Positions 58,681 through 64,000 of a stretch of 64,000 bases of DNA are shown here, piece by piece. A program made the translations under genes and the position numbers. The notes beneath the pieces were generated by a model, which was not told the DNA's origin, did not search any database, and saw only the letters and a list, made by a program, of their open reading frames with translations. Position 1 is the first letter of the stretch; each line of letters begins with the position of its first letter. The DNA is taken from assembly GCA_963740355.1 (NCBI GenBank), contig CAVUDW010000003.1, forward strand, positions 2,464,001 through 2,528,000, written 5' to 3'. The DNA comes from an uncultured Gemmatimonadaceae bacterium (GTDB lineage Bacteria; Gemmatimonadota; Gemmatimonadetes; Gemmatimonadales; Gemmatimonadaceae).

Positions 58681-59904
58681 TCAGCCGTGTAGAAAAGTCT
58701 CGAGTTTACGCCCGACCGCATCCGCACCGAATCTCGCTCGCACGCTCGCGTCAGCCGCGATACGCCGGGAGTCAGCCTGGGAGTCTGTCAGTGCGAGGGT
58801 GCGCTTGATGGCTGACGCGATGGAGTCGGCGTCGAAGGGATCACAGAGTTCGCCGATGGCACCGTCTTCGAGGATTTCGCGCGGGCCGCCGTGATTCGAG
58901 CCGACCATCAGCAAGCCGCGCGAGGCTGCTTCGGGGAAGACCATGCCGAAGGGTTCGTCCACCGGTGCGAAGGCGAACACGTCACACTCGGCGGACAAGA
59001 CATCCAGCTCCGCCGTCTGCAGGTAGCCGTGGAATTTCACGGCGCCCGGTGCCTCCGATGCGGCGAGTTTCTCCAGCGCCTTGCGACGCGCGCCACTGCC
59101 GACCACGTGCAGGATGGCCTGCTTGTGCACCTTGCGCACGATCGCGAACGCACGAATCAACGTGTCGATGTTCTTTGGAATGCCGAGTCGTGTCTGCACC
59201 AAGATCTGCGGTGCGCCACGACGCAGGCCGTGGCGTGGTGGTGCCGATTCGGCGAAGCGGACCATCGGGTACACCACTTCCGTGTCGGTGCGTCCCGTCG
59301 CTTCGCGCACACAGTCGGCACCGTATTGCGAGAGACTCGCCACCGCATCGAGTGAGCAGACGCCCCGACCGTCGAACGATCGCAGCTCCCGCTGCTGGCG
59401 TTCCTTCCAGGGCAGCATGCGCGCCATCAGGCCACGGCGCATCAGGCGTCGCGCCACCTGCTGCGTCGCGAAGTCGTTCGCTGCGTCGCCCATCATTTCG
59501 GCGTGATGCGCAGCTTTCGGATTTCCCTCGCGCACGTACAGCGAGCGGTACGGCTCGCAGGCGTACCAGACGCGGCGCGCATCGGCGGTGGCAGCCGTCA
59601 GCGGCGCACAGGGGTAGTTGTACGCCATGATCACGTCAGCGTCGCGCAGGAACGGGCGGGCGCGGTCGATCAGTTCCGGCATCATCGCGGTCGTCAGCGA
59701 TTCCATCTTCTTCACGCCCTTCGGCAGCCCGATCTCCTCGACCCTCAGTCCCTGCAGCTGCGTTGCGCACGCCGCCGTATCTGCCCGCAAGGCGACGATA
59801 CGCACCGTGTGCCCAGCGGCAGCCAGCCAGCGCGCCTGCGTCGCCAGCAGGACTTCTGCGCCGCCGAACGAGGTGAAGTGACTGTGGAAGATCGTGACAC
59901 GCAT
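58681..59904 (-). CDS. Glycosyltransferase family 4 (GT-B)
   Basis: GGAE, RL...KNI..LI.AF and EPFGMVFPEA...G....GGP.E motifs. Confidence 0.9.
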   Translation of the reverse strand: MRVTIFHSHFTSFGGAEVLLATQARWLAAAGHTVRIVALRADTAACATQLQGLRVEEIGLPKGVKKMESLTTAMMPELIDRARPFLRDADVIMAYNYPCAPLTAATADARRVWYACEPYRSLYVREGNPKAAHHAEMMGDAANDFATQQVARRLMRRGLMARMLPWKERQQRELRSFDGRGVCSLDAVASLSQYGADCVREATGRTDTEVVYPMVRFAESAPPRHGLRRGAPQILVQTRLGIPKNIDTLIRAFAIVRKVHKQAILHVVGSGARRKALEKLAASEAPGAVKFHGYLQTAELDVLSAECDVFAFAPVDEPFGMVFPEAASRGLLMVGSNHGGPREILEDGAIGELCDPFDADSIASAIKRTLALTDSQADSRRIAADASVRARFGADAVGRKLETFLHG

Positions 59905-60135
59905 GATCAAGCCTCGGTCCGGCGAAGAATCTTCGGGCGCTGCGCTACCCGCATGAGACAATCAGGAGTGATATATCTGAATGACAAGGCTTTCCTATTA
60001 TCTCCCGGTTCCGAACCGCGCGGAGCGCCGCAGGGTGCCAGACCGTATCCCATCACCAGAGCAGCAACCGTGCCCTCGTTCAGACGGACACCGATGAGCG
60101 CGTCTTCCCTACCAACCGTTCGGTCCAGCTGACTC

Positions 60136-60642
60136 GTGTGGCATGATCTGCTGGAGTTGCTCCGGAGCGGTACCACCCTCATCGAGCACTCGTCACCGGG
60201 TGTCGCGCTGTCGGTGGCGTTCGCGCTTGGCTTTTTCTTTGGTGCCATCCCCGCGGGCGCGGCCGAACTGCTGGCGCTGGCCGCCGGCACCGTCACGCAG
60301 CGCGAGCTGGTATTCCCTCTGTTGCTGCTGATCACCGCCGGTCACATCCTCGGCAAGCTGCTCTGGTACTGGCTCGGGACGTTCGAGGATCGGGTGACGA
60401 ACGCGAAGGCGCGGGCCTGGATCGAGAAGGCGAACGACCTGCAGGGCCGCCATCCTCGACTTGGCTTCGGCGTGATTCTCAGCTCGTCGTTCGCCAGCCT
60501 GCCCCCGTTTCACCTCTCGACCATCAGCGCCGGCGTCGTGCGGATGCCGCTCGCCAGTTACACAATCGCGGCATTTCTTGGCCGATTGGGTCGATTCGCG
60601 CTGGTAGCGATGGTTCCGGGGATGATGCGATACTTTTTCTGA
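60136..60642 (+). CDS. VTT-domain (DedA/YqaA-like) membrane protein
   Basis: GHILGKLLWYWLG and P....AG..RM....Y....F.GR..R motifs. Confidence 0.75.
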   Translation: MWHDLLELLRSGTTLIEHSSPGVALSVAFALGFFFGAIPAGAAELLALAAGTVTQRELVFPLLLLITAGHILGKLLWYWLGTFEDRVTNAKARAWIEKANDLQGRHPRLGFGVILSSSFASLPPFHLSTISAGVVRMPLASYTIAAFLGRLGRFALVAMVPGMMRYFF

Positions 60643-60697
60643 CGTCGTCCGCCCGAGTTCGCCTGAAGGTGTCCGCTCCCCATTCGTCAGCGACCCG

Positions 60698-61870
60698 ATG
60701 AGCTACACGCCCCCCACCCCCGGCTGGCTGACGCGCACCCTCTGGAAGGCCGCCGGCGCCGACGAGACGCTGCTCCGGCAGTGCAACTACAACGAACATG
60801 TGAAGTTCGTCGGCCTGGGCGGCATTGTCGCGGCGACCGGCGTGCTGGCCGGCCTCGCCGGCGGCTACGCATTCTGGACCATCTTCCGCCCGAAGGGCGA
60901 CACCGGCACCACCCTCGCCGTCGCACTGGCCGCACTCGGCTCGATCGTGATGGGCGCGTTGTGGGGCGCGATCATCTTCAACCTCGATCGCTACATCGTC
61001 GCCAGCACCGGCAAGGGTGACGGCACCGAAGCCATCACCCGCCGCGAGCTGACCAACGCACTCCCTCGCATGGTGCTCGGCGCGATCATCGGCCTGACGA
61101 TTTCGGCGCCGCTCGAAACACGCATCTTCGAGCCTGAGATCAACACCGCGTTGCGACGGGTGCGACAGGAAAAGATCGTCGAATACCGCACCACCACCGA
61201 AGCCAACTTCACCAAGACCTTCGGCGACCTGATCGAGCAGCAGAAGGTGTGGCAGCAAGAGGTGGATGCGCAGCGCCTGCGCGCCGATTCTGCGCAAGCT
61301 CGTGCCACCGCCGAGATGGACGGAAGCGGCGGCAGCAAGTTCCGCAGCCAAGGGCCCATCTATCGCGCGAAGCAGAAGATCGCCGATGACGAGAAGGCGA
61401 AACTCGAGGAAGTGCGCGCGCGGGTGAAGCCGCACATCGATGATCTCGAGACCACCCTCGCCACGCGTCGCGCCGAGCGTGACAAGGAACTCAAGTTCAA
61501 CGAAGAGACCATCGCACGGTTGGATGGTTTGCAGATCCGGATGAAGCTGGCCGAGGAAGTGGCAGGGCCGGGCGTGACCTGGATGATTCGCTTGTTGTTC
61601 CTCGCGATCGAGCTGACGCCGATCTTCTTCAAGCTGATGATCATCAAGGGTCCGTACGACTACCTCGAGGAGAACGCGAAGGAGTTCATCAAGGCCAGCC
61701 GCGGGATCAACACCAAGTATGAGTACGTGCAGGTCGAAGGCACACCGCTGATGTCAGAGCGGACGGTGTTCACGGAGGCCGAACGCGAGCGCGAGCGACT
61801 CGCCCCGCCGAAGCCTGTGGATCCAGTGCTAACGCGCGACGACACCGGATCGCAGCGTGCGCTCACCTGA
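60698..61870 (+). CDS. DUF4407-like membrane and coiled-coil protein
   Basis: W.AAGAD..LL..C, W..IIFNLDR.IV, ISAPLE..IF..EI, EMDG.GGS...GP and IELTPIF.K motifs. Confidence 0.75.
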   Translation: MSYTPPTPGWLTRTLWKAAGADETLLRQCNYNEHVKFVGLGGIVAATGVLAGLAGGYAFWTIFRPKGDTGTTLAVALAALGSIVMGALWGAIIFNLDRYIVASTGKGDGTEAITRRELTNALPRMVLGAIIGLTISAPLETRIFEPEINTALRRVRQEKIVEYRTTTEANFTKTFGDLIEQQKVWQQEVDAQRLRADSAQARATAEMDGSGGSKFRSQGPIYRAKQKIADDEKAKLEEVRARVKPHIDDLETTLATRRAERDKELKFNEETIARLDGLQIRMKLAEEVAGPGVTWMIRLLFLAIELTPIFFKLMIIKGPYDYLEENAKEFIKASRGINTKYEYVQVEGTPLMSERTVFTEAERERERLAPPKPVDPVLTRDDTGSQRALT

Positions 61871-62723
61871 TTCATCGGGCGGCGTGGACGCTTCGGATGC
61901 GCGAGGTGACCGGCTCGAGTTCCTGAGCGGCGTGCTGCGCGCGAAGTTCGAGTCGCGGAGCGAAGTCGGGAATCATTCCGCGCATGGCAAGCTGCGCGAC
62001 ATGCGGCTCGTCGAGCCCATTGTGCGCGAGGCTGTGTGGACTGACGAGCCCGTGGTGCGTGGTGATGACCTGTTCGACGACACGCTCGTCGACGGATTGT
62101 CGGCGGCACGCGTGTTGACCAACGACGGCATCGTGCGCGAGGTCGAGCGTCTCGAGGATGTGCGGCTGTCGCAGGTGTCGCTGACGAATGTGCACAAGCT
62201 CGGCGAGCGTCTGGTCGGTGATATCGAAGCGCGCGTGACCGCGGTACGCCGCATCGTTGTGCCGCCGCCTACGCCACCGCCTGTCGTTCTCGCGCCGTCG
62301 GTGCAGGTGCCCGTGCCGACGCTCACGGCCGAAGTGCAGGAATTTCCAGCGCGTGATTCCTGGAAGACACCGCCCTCGTTGCCCGCCGTCGATCGCGTCA
62401 ACAACTCGGCCCTCGACAATGGTGTCGGCTGCCTGACCAAGTCCACTGAAACCGTGATCGCGATGCTGATCTTCGGCGTCGTGGCACTGGCCGCTTTGTG
62501 GCTTGCGTCGGCCGTGTTTTCGTTCGTCTACGACATCCTCATCGCGGCGTGGGATCGGACTGGAATCGGGAGTGTATCGCCCGATGTCTTTCCGGCACCG
62601 GTGTCAGGTTGGGCGCGGTGGTGGGGGCAGCACATCCATCCGCTGGGGCAGATCCTGATCGTGGTGGTGGCGGCGTATGTGTTGTTCGGGTGGAAGAAGT
62701 TTTCGCGGTGGCGGTGGCGCTGA
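61857..62723 (+). CDS. Hypothetical membrane protein (start uncertain)
   Basis: Long ORF after the DUF4407-like gene, Pro-rich linker, two C-terminal TM segments. Confidence 0.55.
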   Translation: MRSPDSSGGVDASDARGDRLEFLSGVLRAKFESRSEVGNHSAHGKLRDMRLVEPIVREAVWTDEPVVRGDDLFDDTLVDGLSAARVLTNDGIVREVERLEDVRLSQVSLTNVHKLGERLVGDIEARVTAVRRIVVPPPTPPPVVLAPSVQVPVPTLTAEVQEFPARDSWKTPPSLPAVDRVNNSALDNGVGCLTKSTETVIAMLIFGVVALAALWLASAVFSFVYDILIAAWDRTGIGSVSPDVFPAPVSGWARWWGQHIHPLGQILIVVVAAYVLFGWKKFSRWRWR

Positions 62724-62757
62724 CAGCAGGAACGCATCTGCCGCGAACCGCGACTGT

Positions 62758-63240
62758 TCATTCCAACCGGAGCTCTCTCGGTTCATCGTTGCGCGGCGAC
62801 ACGACTGCCATGTCCAGTTCCGGTGCCAGCTCGTCGAGCTCGTGCTCGAGTATCGAGATCTGGAGCATCGAGTTCAGTTGCAACTGAACGACGCCACCGC
62901 TGATCAAGTTGGCTTCATTTGCGGCGGCGTCGAAGATCGCCGGAAACGTCTTGCGCAGCATGGCAATCCGCGAGCCGGTGAGCGGCAGTCGCAGCGATAC
63001 CAGCAGCGACACGTCGGTCACGTCAAACGCGATCAGTCCGCCGACCGTCATGTCTTCGAACAGGACCCTGCGTTCGGCGGCGCAGCGACCGAGTGCTGAT
63101 GCAACCACCATTTGGTCGCGGCCGTCGACGATGAAGACGTGTTTGTCACACTCGTTGCAGTGGCGGGCCCTCTCGGAGTTCGTGGGAGCGAGTTCATCCC
63201 AGTCTTTACCGCAAACGAAGTGAAAGTCGCAAAGGGCCAT
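62758..63240 (-). CDS. Hypothetical protein with Cys-rich (putative zinc-binding) N-terminus
   Basis: C...W..L..T.....RHC..C...V...C pattern; ATG with GGAG RBS. Confidence 0.65.
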   Translation of the reverse strand: MALCDFHFVCGKDWDELAPTNSERARHCNECDKHVFIVDGRDQMVVASALGRCAAERRVLFEDMTVGGLIAFDVTDVSLLVSLRLPLTGSRIAMLRKTFPAIFDAAANEANLISGGVVQLQLNSMLQISILEHELDELAPELDMAVVSPRNDEPRELRLE

Positions 63241-63409
63241 GGCTGTTTGCTCCGTTCGACGCAGTGGCTGTGACGCAGTGGTGAAGGAAATCTGTCTTCT
63301 GCCACCGACAGCCGAGGTCCGCCTCCCTCCCTCCCCCCGAACTCGCGCAGACTCGCGGCCGCTTCGCCCCTAAGTCTGCGTGAGCAAGGAGATTCAGCTT
63401 TCCGATCGA

Positions 63410-64000
63410 CTACGGATGAAACACCAACCCGAGTGACAACCCACCAGCGCCCAGCGTGTTGTCAGCCACGGCGACCGAATTGCCGTTCAGCTTCGCATCA
63501 TTGATCTTGCCGCCGGCGGCGCTCCAGACGATTTCAAGCGCGACGGCCTTGTTGAAGTGCACCTGTCCGCCGAGTGCGAGGGTCAGCATGCCGGCGCGCT
63601 GTTCGAAGCGGCCGCTGCCGAAGTCGGTGCGTTCGTTGTAGCCCGCGAAGCCCACGTCGAAGAAGGGACGGAACTGGTTCGAGCGGCGGCGGAACGTGTA
63701 GCGGTAGGTGAGGTCGACCTGTGCGAAGTTCGGCTTCGGTGCATCCAGGTCCAGCGTGCCGCCCTGCAGCCGCAGCGCGATGCCGGAATGTTCGTTGAAG
63801 CCGCCGTGCAGCACGATGCCGGCCGAGCTACCGTAGACCGCGTCGTTCTTCTGGCCTTCGACGGTGGACGTGAAGGCACGCGAAGCGCCGAAGACGCCGA
63901 TCGAGAAACCGTCGGCCGTGGACCTGGCCTGGGCGGAGGCGATCTGTGCGGTGGCGAGCGTTGCGAAGGCGTAGACGCCGGCGACGGCGAGCTTACGAAG
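63410..64000 (-). CDS. Outer-membrane beta-barrel protein, 5' end outside the window
   Basis: Frame open to 64000 (LRKLAVAG...ASAQ signal peptide); amphipathic strands, RPF and terminal LGLVFHP. Confidence 0.75.
   Translation of the reverse strand, partial: LRKLAVAGVYAFATLATAQIASAQARSTADGFSIGVFGASRAFTSTVEGQKNDAVYGSSAGIVLHGGFNEHSGIALRLQGGTLDLDAPKPNFAQVDLTYRYTFRRRSNQFRPFFDVGFAGYNERTDFGSGRFEQRAGMLTLALGGQVHFNKAVALEIVWSAAGGKINDAKLNGNSVAVADNTLGAGGLSLGLVFHP

Overview
GC-rich bacterial chromosomal window. The gene style (SusC/SusD pairs in high-GC DNA, Tat-type TldD, EcxA-like metalloprotease) suggests Gemmatimonadota, which is an inference. It holds about 42 CDS and one tRNA-Asn(GTT). Contents: tandem TldD/PmbA genes; a tauE-cstB-like-arsR persulfide operon with a near-consensus sigma70 promoter and an overlapping palindrome; ettA; ccdA-tlpA; a ~5.05-kb tandem duplication of a susC-susD pair with a 491-bp identical tract; a SET-domain methyltransferase fused to a histone-H1-like Lys/Ala tail; sua5/tsaC; a plastid/Chlamydia-type fabI; tkt; a diguanylate cyclase; an FeS-type photolyase/cryptochrome; rmuC; VKOR; peptidases; and a PAS-GAF-LOV hybrid kinase. 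Roughly 4.5-5 kb of intergenic DNA consists of several interspersed, strand-asymmetric inverted-repeat families (REP/REPIN/MITE-like), one with a conserved unique core. No transposase, integrase or cas gene is present. Single-base indels in tkt and the metalloprotease gene are probably sequencing errors. All family assignments come from motif recognition by eye; no database search was run.
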